Assembly (NCBI RefSeq): GCF_009834535.1
Contig: NC_045707.1
Location: 49,602,001 to 49,666,000, forward strand
Direction: 5' to 3'
Length of the DNA stretch: 64,000 bases
DNA from: Camelus ferus
Lineage: Eukaryota
The notes under the pieces were generated by a model. It was not told the origin of the DNA, made no database searches, and worked only from the letters and a program-made list of their open reading frames with translations. Positions within the stretch are counted from its first letter, which is position 1. The number at the start of each line of letters is the position of its first letter. This document shows positions 53,571 through 64,000 of this stretch, one piece after another. A program made the position numbers and the translations under genes.

Positions 53571-55168
53571 ATAGAGTTGTTCCCAGGTGCCTGGCAAAAC
53601 TCCTAGTCTCTGTCTCTGTTGTTTCCCAATGTACATTTAAATTACAGGTCCCTCAAGTAAATTTCAAAAAGTCTCCTTACCCAGGCTTAATTGCAAGTTT
53701 TAAAAGGGGGAAGGGGAGAACCCACACAAAGAGTTGTTGAGACTGCAGAGATTGCTACCAGGATTAGAATCGGCACTTTTGTCTTGCCAGAAGTCCTCTC
53801 TGAAGCCACACGGGTCAGTCCTCTTAGGACAAGAGGCAGGTTCAGCTGGAATTGTCACCCCACCCTAACAACGGTGGAAATTGGAAGACATGGTTAAGTT
53901 GCTGTCACATGAAGTTGAAGTTTTCTGTCCTTTATCCAGTATTACTGGCATCTCTTGCTAGGGGGCAAAACCAGAAACAGTCAACTTTTAAGCAGGAAAA
54001 AACAAAGTGTTCACTGAAACCCAAGAAGCATCTACTGCTGGCCCTCAATATTCTCCAGGCCCAGAGCCATACATACTAAGAGATCCAAAGGCCCCAAATC
54101 CTCATACTCTGGACATCCTGTCCCACATCATATCAAACATAGTAACATTCATCGATACTTCATCCTTAATGTAACATCTTTCTTTCAACTGCAAAAGGAT
54201 GTTTATCATCTTTTTTTGAAATTGGTTTAGTCTGAGATTTCCTTGTCTTATTTTGCAGCCTATAACTTCTATTTTCAGATCTTAACATCTCTTTGACTTT
54301 TTAAATGTTTCACACCTCTGGTGCCCAGTGAATTAAAATTTCCATGATTCATCCCATGTTCAACATTCTGAAAACACACCAGGTCATTAGAACTGGGCCC
54401 CATAGTAAAGGCACAACCTGTGACACCTCCTCCGGATACCTCACAGGCCAGCCCCATCCCCTGAACATAACTGTACTCTGGAGTTTCCAAAGCCAAATCA
54501 GGCAGGATTATGATTTGAGGCCTGGGCCCTAACCTCTTGGATAACCAAATTCAGGAGAAGAAACAGAAGTAAATGAAAGTTTCCCTTCAGAATATCAGTT
54601 TGAAGACCATTCAAAAATGGCCTTGGGACTTTATACCTTCCTAAAAGTTGGTTCTTCCTGTCTCTTTATAGTCTGACCTTTGAAACGGAGCTTTGCCCAT
54701 ATGCTGTGGTTGTATTGAAGTGGTGCTTGCTTCAGGTTCCAACGATGGGAGCTTTCAGGGATAACAACCAGGCACCTGGGAAGGCAGGGATTGTAAACCA
54801 GAAACTTTGGACTGTACTTGGCATTGGGAAGATAATCAGTCTGCCAGAACAGATATCTTCCGTATTCCAATACCTGATGTCTAATCTAGAAAACATTCTA
54901 ATTGTTCTTGTTTTCTTCCATGACAAAATACAAGCTGTTGCCTCAAGAGGGGGAAAAAAAACCCCAGATAATCTTGATTACAGGGTCAAGGATCCATTTA
55001 GGACAGCAACTCTTATTCAGTGCTATTTTAGACATCAAAAATGCATTTCAGTAAAGCTCTCCTTGAGCATTTCAAAACAAAATCGCCTTTAGCCTTCATG
55101 AAATGCACCAAGTCAGTAGAGTCCATTAATAACTGAAACAACAAACCTGTTGAAGAATATGCAATTTA

Positions 55169-55375
55169 ATACATACATTACTATATATAATAGATAAACA
55201 ACAAGGACCTACTGTATATAGCACAAGGAGCTATATTCAATTTCTTGTAATAACATATAATGGAAAAGAATCTGAAAGGAAAATATTTGTATGTATGTAT
55301 ATGTATAACTGAATCACTTTGCTGTACACCTGAAATTAACACTGTAAATCAGCTACATTTCAATAAATTTTTTAA
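55169..55375 (+). mobile_element. 5'-truncated artiodactyl-type L1 3' end
   Basis: 'atagataaacaacaaggacctactgtatatagcacaaggagctatattcaa...gaatcactttgctgtacacctgaaa...ttcaataaa'. 16-bp TSD with 2 mismatches (55153-55168, 55376-55391). Confidence 0.85.
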
Positions 55376-56249
55376 AAGAATATTCAGTTTAGAATCATAT
55401 GTATGAGAAACTTCTCCTTAAAATGGAGAAGTAAATCTGCTGGTAAATTCTACACTCTCCCCAAATCTTCCATGGCCAGGCACTCAGAGATGCCCTAGGT
55501 GCTTAGAGATATTCTAAGGTAAATAGATCTTTCCTTAATCCACAACCAGAACACATGCCTGACAGTGGAACAGAATATGTAGAATCCATACTTTCCTGAA
55601 ATATCTAAAACACATGATCTCTATCCCAGAGAGGATGGCTCTAGGCAATGACTTTTGGGGGCTAGAGAATAAAATGTCTTCCACAGTCACATTCAATTCC
55701 CACTGATAAATCTGCCTTATTCCCTTTTCCAGAGTGGAGAGGAATGGCAGAGAGATAAGGGTATTGGGAAGGGACTTTGCCAGCCCACAGAGCTCTTCTC
55801 TTCTTCTATGTGGAGTACTCACTGCAAAGAGAGGTGATTTGTGAAAGAAACTAAACAAATTTCAGTTATTTCTAGTTCTTGTGCCTACTCTTGAGAGGAA
55901 AGTCACAGTACATATATCCATTTCTGTATTTAGAAGCATGTTGCCTGTCCTTTTCCAGAGTTGTGTATTAGTCCATAGGAAAAAATAATAGAAACTTCAT
56001 CTTTTTTTCCTCCCCTTTTACCGTCTATCCCATATGGTCCTGCTGACCTGATTGGACATGGGGCCTGTCTGGCAAACATGATTCCCAGGTGTCTCCCACC
56101 CCATCTAGTCTTGATCAGTCCTGGAATGGTGTCTGAGATCCCGCAAGATACGGCTTCAGGGGAACTAGCAACTCTGTTCTGGAGAGGAAGGACCAGAGGT
56201 GTCCCCCAGAAGTCCCTGCCTGTGGCCCTACCTATCCCTGCAGGGCTCA

Positions 56250-56470
56250 GACCCCGGTTAACGACCCCAGGGAGCCTGGGTGCCAAAGCCGCAGAGTGGG
56301 CGCATGCGCAGTTCGCACCGGCCACTCGTGCACTCAGGCATCCGGGAACTGCACGCCTGTGCGAACAGGTGCGTCAGCTCAGTGCATCAGGCCGTCTTCC
56401 TGGGGCAAGCGGTTACCCACGCTGCACTCCTGACGCCGAGTGGGGAAGTTCGTTTGAGCCAGACCCTTTG
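56250..56470 (+). promoter_or_regulatory. CpG-enriched, TATA-less promoter and probable non-coding first exon of a + strand gene
   Basis: Only CpG-dense patch in a CpG-depleted window. NRF1 palindrome GCGCATGCGC at 56300-56309, half-CRE motifs (GCGTCA 56371, TGACG 56431), donor CAG|GTGCGT at 56368/56369 and a second donor CTG|GTGAGT at 56687/56688. Confidence 0.7.
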
Positions 56471-57574
56471 TGGTCCTGTGCCAGGAAGATACATAAGGCT
56501 TTTGTGGGAGTTGGGTCTCCGAAGTGTCTCTTCATCAGGAGACCTCCTGGCACTGCTAAGAAATTTCTAGAATTTAGAGGTGACTGGCCCAACTTCCCTT
56601 CTTTGTGAGGACTTTTTTTCCCCCATCTGGAAACAAGTCCCTCTCATCCTTGATTTAATAGCAAACAGATAGCTGTCTTCGTATCTGGTGAGTTGTTTTT
56701 TAAATCTTTGTTACAGTCTTCTGTGGGAGTTGCTGATTGGGTGATATATTAACTGTACCACCTCTTTTCTACTAATTGTAAGTTGGATTGAGCAAAATTC
56801 CCATAAAAACAAAACTCTATGGTCCAGAGTATTACAGTTTTCAAGTAGCCTATGACAAAAAAGCAGGCAAGAATAGTCTCTAAGGAGAGGCCTATGTTGG
56901 AAGAAAATTGAGTTAGGTGGCTTTTTAGGATTTTTATTGAATTTTAAGAACTTTCTGATTTGTTTTGCTCTTAGAAAGGGCCCATCCACTGTCCTCTGGA
57001 AGCATATTATGTCATCTCTAACCATGTCCTCCATGGTTAGCATTTTTGAGAGAGTTTAATTTTTAAGTGGAGTAGGGATCTTACTGCTGGATCTGTTTTT
57101 AAAGCCTGTTAGGTCTTTCTGGACCTGACTAATATAAAAAGTTTAGCTTTTTGTTCTGTCTTGTAAGTAAAACTATGCATAGAATCTCTCATTTTAATTA
57201 TAGTTTTTCTTACTCATTAAGAAATTGAGGCTCACAGTTACAAAAGGACCGGCTACACTGCTACTTAGTGGCAAGAGACTTAATTTCGGGACTTCTTTCC
57301 ATTGCATGGTGATACTTTGATATAGTTTAGTAATTTCTATTAATTGATTAGATCTTTGGAGGAAACTGAAAGGTCTTCTAGTGAAGCTATTCCTTTTATC
57401 CTCTAATGAGGTGTTTGACAGCCCTGAAATTAATCACCCATTTATTCATTCAACATACACTGCTGAACCTAGAGATTCTAAGTGGCTAAGGAAGGGAGTA
57501 CAGTACATGAGATGTGGTCTCACCCTCAAGAAGGTTGTAGTCTGGCAGGGAAGATAACATACCTTGGCAATTCT

Positions 57575-57801
57575 CAGGGCTCTTACCCATGAGGCACAAT
57601 GGGTACTGTCTAGAGCCCACGAAATTTTTTTGATTTCAATCTCTTTTTTCAAATCAAAAGAAGAGCTGAATACATCCAGTCTGGATTACATTTGTCTTTA
57701 TACACAGTCATAAAAATATCATTTTTATCATTTTCTATTGGAGAAAGAGTCCCACAAAGGCAAAAGTGCCCAACACCCATGAAAGTCATATTATGGCTCT
57801 G
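57575..57801. mobile_element. hAT-Tip100-type MITE
   Basis: Ends CAGGGCT...GGCTCTG; internal 'gagcccacgaaa' and 'cccacaaaggcaaaagtgcc...cccatgaaagtcata'. Confidence 0.65.
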
Positions 57802-58107
57802 GAAATGTTACCCAAACAAAGAAAGCTGAATCTTCATTCACCCCAGTTACCATCTCAGAAGCCTTATATATTTACCTCTTGTCTTCACTTCTGTGGAGCA
57901 CCCTTGGGAATTTTACTTTAGGCTAAAATTTCCTTTGTAGAGGTCCAGACCCAAAGATGGTTCTGCGATTAACTGGTAGAGAGTGGTTTTCTGACCTCTG
58001 TAACCAAGAAGGCTTTCTGTACATACATCCTAGAATTAAAACACCATGGCCTTAAGTTCATGCCATTTTATGGCCTTGGCAAAGCCTCTCAAACAGACTA
58101 ATTTAAG

Positions 58108-58387
58108 AGTTTTCCAAACTATATGATGATCATAGATGTTTGTGGAAAATAAAGGGTTCTATGACCAAATACTTTTGGGGACTGCTATGTATAACATACG
58201 CTGCTTTTGCTGATTATCAGTGAGCATATTAAATGTTATCAGAAGCCTAACTGTAAAGAAACCTGGTTAACTTTGTTTAATCTGGCATTTTCCAAATTTA
58301 TTTGAACACAGAGCCCTTCTTCAAGAATGTTTATTAACATTTCATGGGAAACTAATGTGCCTTGGAATATAATTTGAGAAATACTGG
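58108..58387. mobile_element. hAT-Charlie DNA transposon fragment
   Basis: 'aagggttctatgaccaaata...gtaaagaaacctggttaactttgtttaa...ccaaatttatttga...tttgagaaatactg'. Confidence 0.6.
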
Positions 58388-58394
58388 TTTGCAC

Positions 58395-58602
58395 CAGGCA
58401 TTGGCAACCCTTTTATGTAAAGGGCCATATCATAAATATTTTAGGTTTTATGGGCCAGATACTCTGCCAGAAGTACTCAACTGTGCAGGAAAGCAGCTAC
58501 AGACATCGCATAAACAAATGGGTGTGGCTGTGTTTTCCAATACAACTTTCAAAATAAGGAGTGGACTGGATTTGGCCCAAGGGCCCTAGTTTGCCAACCT
58601 GC
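58395..58602 (+). mobile_element. MER58A-like hAT-Charlie MITE
   Basis: 'ttggcaac...gtaaagggcca...taaatattttaggtttt...aaacaaatgggtgtggctgtgtt...ctggatttggccc...tagtttgccaacc'. Confidence 0.85.
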
Positions 58603-59679
58603 GGTCTATACTTTCCACTAAAACCTTTCAGAATAGCTCTAGCTCCACCCGGAAAGGAAAGGTTCCAAAGCCATCTCACCACGTATAATAGTCAAAAACA
58701 ACCAATCTACCCGAAAATTTTATTTGTAAAGTATCTTTTTGGCCTCAAACTAATATCAGCCTAAATAAATAGCTGCTCTTTTCATCAAAGGTCTTAAAAG
58801 TGTTTGCCAAAAGACACGAAGGATATTTACTAAAAAATGAACAGCGATTATCACAGGATGCATGACTGTAAGGGATTTTTGTTTTCTTAGTTGCACTTTT
58901 CTGTAACACTTTTGTAATCAGAAGCAAAAACAACAAAAGTTTTTTTTTTTAATAATCCTCCTGTAGTTCAGTATTTTTCAGGCCCTCTCGTCTTAACAAT
59001 CATGTCACCTCACACTTGGTGGCACTTGGTAGTTCCTAATGCTTTATATGGCCTTTATCTCATATCCCCTCCCCAGTTCCCTTTTTAACTTAAACAGGAC
59101 GAGCATAGGTTCTGCTTTCAGCTTTTCTCAGTCTCTTCTCCATGTTCTCACTCTCTCCTGTGATTTAAACTTTCCCTTCTTCATGGCTGCTTTCTAAATT
59201 TATATTCCTAGATCTGATCCAGGTCCTCTTATCAGAATCACCTTGGAATTTGTTAAAGATGTAGATCTCTAGTTCCACCTGAGACTGAATTAATCAAAAT
59301 GCTCAAGGATAGAGCCTGGGTATATTTTCAAAAGTCCATGGGAATTTAGATGGAACTCCTGTTTGAAAGGAAAAAGGCAAAACAAAACAGAAACCCAAAA
59401 CGCTTCTCTTGAGAGACTTGGTTGTTACGGTATAACATTATTTTTTCCTTGGCTTGTTTTTTGCACGCCTGATTCTTAAAGGAAGGAATATGGCTTATTT
59501 ATCTTTTCTTTCTTTTCTTACTTATCTATACATTTTATAACTAGTTACCAAATCTAATGCCAATTAACAGACAAGATGAACCCCATTTTAATCAGCAGTA
59601 CAAATAAACATGCAGATATATTTGTATTTGGTCGTTCTGTTTTCTTACCTTTCTTGTACTTTGCAATCCATTTTGTTTG

Positions 59680-60780
59680 GGTTTCTTCTTCTGCCACACC
59701 ACTGACATTGTTCTTTCAAAGGTCATCAACAGCCCTTTAATTGCTACGTCCAAGAGACACATAAATACTCATTTTTTTCTGTTCTCTTTCCAACTTTTGA
59801 CATCGATGACCATTCCTTGTTCTTGAAATGCTGCTAATTGATATTCATCTAAATACCCCACAAATACTGCTAGTTCATAGCCCAAAGTGAGCCCAACCTT
59901 ACAACCACAAATGTGTACTTCCTGCTTTGTCCTCTCTGTCTGAATAGCACCACCATCCACCTTGTTGCCAAACAAAATCCCAAGTGTGCACCTTAATTCA
60001 CCCTTTTGCTTATTCATCCTCCACCTTATGCAATTAATTACCAATTAGTTACCCACATTTCAAAACAAAAGACTCTAAAAACTCAAAGATTTTCCATAAC
60101 TCACTTGGCAGCAAAACCTGCTCTGAAGTGATGGAGGGTTATTAATAGCCTTGATTCTTCTCATTTATTATGAATATTTGTATGTTTACTTGGGTGTTAT
60201 TGGCGTCTTAACTCATGCCCAGACCTCCCTGAGAGTACTATGTAATATATTTTATGTGCATCATATTACCTTTCAAGAAACATTCAAAAACTTCTTAAAT
60301 CCAAAGAAAAAAATTGGTCTCCACAGACCTCAGGGATTGTGAGCTTGAACTTCCCAAGTAGCTCTCAAGCGCCTCTCATCCTCTCCATCCCCTTCCAGCT
60401 TAGATAAAGCCACTGTCATCTCTGGCTGGATTGCAGTAACAGCTCCCCAGCTACTCTCCCTGTTCTCACTCTTGCCTCCTCAAATCCGTTTTCCACCTGC
60501 AGCCAAAATAATCATTCTTTTTAAAAAAAAAATGCAAATCTTCTCCCTTAGTAAAACTCTTTGATGTCATATTTTGCTTCTAGCATAAAGTCCAAATTTA
60601 GAACATGGCCTAGAATTCCCCAGATGATCCAGCTCCTGCCTAAATCCCCAACCTTATTCCTCATCACTTTTTACCCTCAACTCAGCAGTACAAATGCCTT
60701 CTAGTTCCCCCACATCCTGCTGTCTTAATGTTTAGTCTTGCAGTTGGACTCAGTAAATATTTGTTGAATGAATAAACAAA
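59680..60780 (+). mobile_element. L2 fragments, interrupted at ~60055-60345 by a probable old Tigger-like DNA element
   Basis: 'gcaccaccatccacc', 'ctggattgcagtaacagctcc...caaatccgttttccacctgcagcca', 3' end 'ctcagtaaatatttgttgaatgaat'; insert contains 'taactcacttggcagcaaaacctg'. Confidence 0.6.
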
Positions 60781-61079
60781 GTCTAACTTGCTAACTTTCT
60801 GGGCTATTAAGAGAAACGTGATACGTATTTCTTCTGAGCAGATTCCCATTATAATTATTCTCCTTTTGAGAATAACTATGAAGGGTGGGAGGTAGCAATG
60901 ACTATAACTAATAGTATTGGGGTGTGAAAATAGTGGTATGCACTGAAGCAAACTAAATGTTATGACCAAACACAAATGTTCTATTGCACTAATGACATTT
61001 CAAAAATATTTCCTGGCATCTGAGCCATTTTCTACTAGTTGCTTCTCTAGCTAGCATTTAACAGTCACAGTAGTTGTAC

Positions 61080-61325
61080 ATCTAGTTAACATTATTAAGC
61101 ATCTACCTTACACATAACACTTTATATACATTGTATAAATGATTTATAACCCTTGTAATAAACATATGAGGTGGGTATTGTTCTCAGTCTTTCTGAAGGA
61201 TGAGGAAACTGAGGCTCCGAGAATTTGATGAATTTTCCCTGAGGTCACAGTTTCAACAAGTGGCAGAAATGGGATTTAAACTCAGTCCTCTTCATCTACA
61301 AGACCTCTCTGCTCTTCCACACTGT
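61080..61325 (-). mobile_element. MIR SINE
   Basis: 'gatgaggaaactgaggctccgaga...gaggtcacag...aagtggcagaaatgggatttaaactcag'. Confidence 0.85.
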
Positions 61326-62604
61326 CTTTCAGTTCAGTGAAAACTGGCCACTTCTGGGCAAGCCTGAGTGACGAATCATGGGTGACACGGGAGGGAGTCT
61401 AGTGAGAGAGGGAGACAGAGTAAACAGGAAGGGAGAAGGAAAAAACATAGAACTTATGAACTCCTTAGTTATAAAGATATCTGACTAGATTATAAATTCT
61501 GTCAAGGAAAGTTCCGGTTGTTTTACTTCTTTCTCTCTCGTGCTGCCTAGAACAGGGCTGGGACCAGAATGGATACTTAATGAAGACTTACGGATTGATA
61601 TGAATTGACTACTCATTAGTAAGATTTTGACTAAGTGTCACAACATTAATCACTCCCTACTTTCCTCCACCCTTAACCTAGAGTATGGTTGAGGTCAGGG
61701 GAAGGTGTGGTTGTTGCAGGGAGGCTTATCAATAGAAGGCATTTTAATGCCTACAAAGACCTCATTAAACTCTGACCTAAGATAGCATTTGAAAAAGTGC
61801 TGATTGCCAATAAGCCAACATCCTGTGTTTGACTTTCAAGGAATTGAGCTGGTAAGAAACAAGTTAGATTTCTATCAATGAACTGTTTAGATACTAGCTC
61901 TTATGTTTGCAAATATTTACTAAGCACTTACTGTAGGCAAGGCAATGAGTAGGCACTATGCATGCAAGTACCCAAACATTCACATGTATACAGTTGGAAT
62001 AAATATGCCTTTAAATGTCATTTTGTTTGCCTCAAAAGTCCAAACAAAGACCTTCTATGGAGTGGGAGAAAAAAAACTATCTTGATTTTTGCAACTGCCA
62101 TGTTGTCCTTGACTAAAACACTTTCAAAGAAGCATTGTAAAATCCTCACTGTCCTGCATAGACGATAGTGTGTCTGAATTCTGATTCTTGATGGGAAAGC
62201 TGCTATGGTCCAGCTCTGGCAAGAAGACCCTCCCACTCCTTTAGAAAGTCTCAGTGAGGGCAAGAGGCCCCTGTCCTGAGTTTGTGTACATGTGTGTTGA
62301 TTTTTAGAGGAAGTAGAAGATGAGTCCCAGGAAAATTCAACACTAAAGCAGTTATATGAAAAAAGAAGGAAATTGTGGTAACTGGAGAAGTTAGAAAGGA
62401 GTTGAGACTATGTTAAACTTGTGCCTGTGATATGCTTAAACCAGAATTTGCACTGGGCTGTGGAACCAGAAGGAACTCCCCACTTTCCTAGTGGTCAGTA
62501 GAAATGAGAGTATTTTTTATACCTTAGCCAAGAGACAGAAGCAGGATCCAAATAGAAAATATTATAAATGCTTAGAGATGGAAGATATGTTACAGACTGC
62601 TGGT

Positions 62605-62750
62605 CCAGTGTTTCCTAAATCCTGTTGCCATCAAAAACACCTGAGAAGCTTTCTAAAAATTGAAGACTTGGGCCCCAACCGCATGCCTAGATTTTCCAAT
62701 GGGTAGGAGCTGGGAATCTGCTCTATCAAGCCCCTAGGTGATTCTCAAGA
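62605..62750. mobile_element. MER5-like hAT-Charlie fragment
   Basis: 'cagtgtttcctaaa...cacctgagaagc...gggccccaacc...tgggaatctg...caagcccctaggtgattct'. Confidence 0.6.
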
Positions 62751-63363
62751 TAAAAGGCGACAAATAAATAATGGCAAATATGAAATAGTAAGTATTTATG
62801 TTACCACAGAGTAGGGCTGTTCAGAAAGAAATAACTCCAGCACCAACTGAAATATATTCCTGTTACATGGTCATAAGTAACAATGTATAGGCCCAAACCA
62901 CAAGGTGCAAAGTCCAAAGACCAGCATTCTTCCCTCTCCTGGGTATATGAACTCGGAGAAGTCACATGATGCTAGCTAACGCCTTAAATAAACTAAATAG
63001 AAACGTTATATCTGAAACATAAGTGTGACCAACATGTTTAAAGTAGTCTCTCGGTTTTCTCATCTATAAAATGCGAACACTCACATGAATCCCCTAAAGA
63101 CTAATTTTTCTCATTGCTAAAGTAGAATTGAAAGAAGGCCTTTTTCCTCTTAATGAGTCATTACATAAAAACACTGGTTCATAGGAAATGTAATTAAAAA
63201 CAACAACAACAACAACAACAAGCAAGATTTCCTTGCTCCTGCCTTCCAGAGATGCTATGGGGAAGAAAGTGGAGGATATGTATTCAAAGAGATGGTGTTT
63301 GTGGTACATTTTCTCATCGTTCCCAGCTCAACTCATTGTACATCAGAGTGGGAGATGACTGAC

Positions 63364-63843
63364 TGTTATGGGTTGAACTGTCCCCCAAAAAGATATGTTG
63401 AAGTCCTAACTCCCAGTACCTGTGAATATGACCTAATTTGAAAATAGGGTGTGTTTGACTTAAGTTAGGATGAAGTCACTAGGGTGGGCCATAACTAGTA
63501 TGATTGGTGCCCTTATGAGAAGAGAGACATTCGGACACAGACATGCACAGAGAGGAAAACATCATGTAAAGGCACTGACACAGAAGGAGAACACCATGTG
63601 GTGACATAAGCAGAGGTTGGAATCGTGCAGCTGCAAGCCTGGGAACACCAAGGACTCTGGCCACCACCAGACACTGGGAAGAGGCAAGGACTGAGGTCTA
63701 CCCAGGCTCTCGAGTGAGCATGGCCTTGCTGACATCTCAATTTCAGACTTTTAGCCTCCAAAACTGTGAGACATTGTGTTTCTGTTGTTTTGAGCCTCCC
63801 GGTATGTGGCACTTCGTAATGGCAACTTTAGGAAACTAACATA
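63364..63843 (+). mobile_element. MaLR solo LTR (MLT1C-like)
   Basis: 'tgttatgggttgaactgtcccccaaaa...tgttgaagtcctaactcccagtacc...gcatggccttgctgaca...cagacttttagcctccaaaactgtgaga...taggaaactaac'. Confidence 0.9.
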
Positions 63844-64000
63844 ATGAGCAAATTCCTCTATGTCCTCAATGAAACTGTGTCTCTTCTCATCCTAGAAGAG
63901 AAAGAGGTCTTCGATCCAAGAATCTTAGCAGGCCAATAGCAGTCATACAGTTTGGGGGCATGTCCTTCTGATGCCCAGAGGAACACCTGTCAATGCTTCC

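Noticed and set aside
56078..56608. 176-aa ORF (and overlapping ORFs on both strands) across the promoter
   Set aside because: No recognisable domain. GC-rich sequence is depleted of stop codons, and the ORF spans the likely TSS and splice donor.

Overview
Non-coding mammalian genomic DNA. A tRNA-derived SINE resembling the camelid Vic-1 family (20969-21074) and artiodactyl-type L1 3' ends point to a camelid. I find no protein-coding exon: the listed ORFs are spurious or decayed L1 ORF2. The window is dense in ancient repeats (many MIR and L2 fragments, MaLR/ERVL solo LTRs, hAT and Tigger MITEs) and also holds one ~3 kb internally deleted L1, a few short younger L1 insertions with TSDs, and microsatellites. 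The main functional element is a small CpG-enriched promoter at ~56250-56470. It has an NRF1 palindrome, four MTF1/MRE cores and two + strand splice donors, so it is probably the non-coding first exon of a gene running off the right edge. Several repeat-free, motif-rich blocks look like conserved enhancers. Repeat family names come from recalled consensus sequences, not from a search, and most boundaries are approximate. I found no convincing novel biological system; the best leads are regulatory and retrotransposition details.
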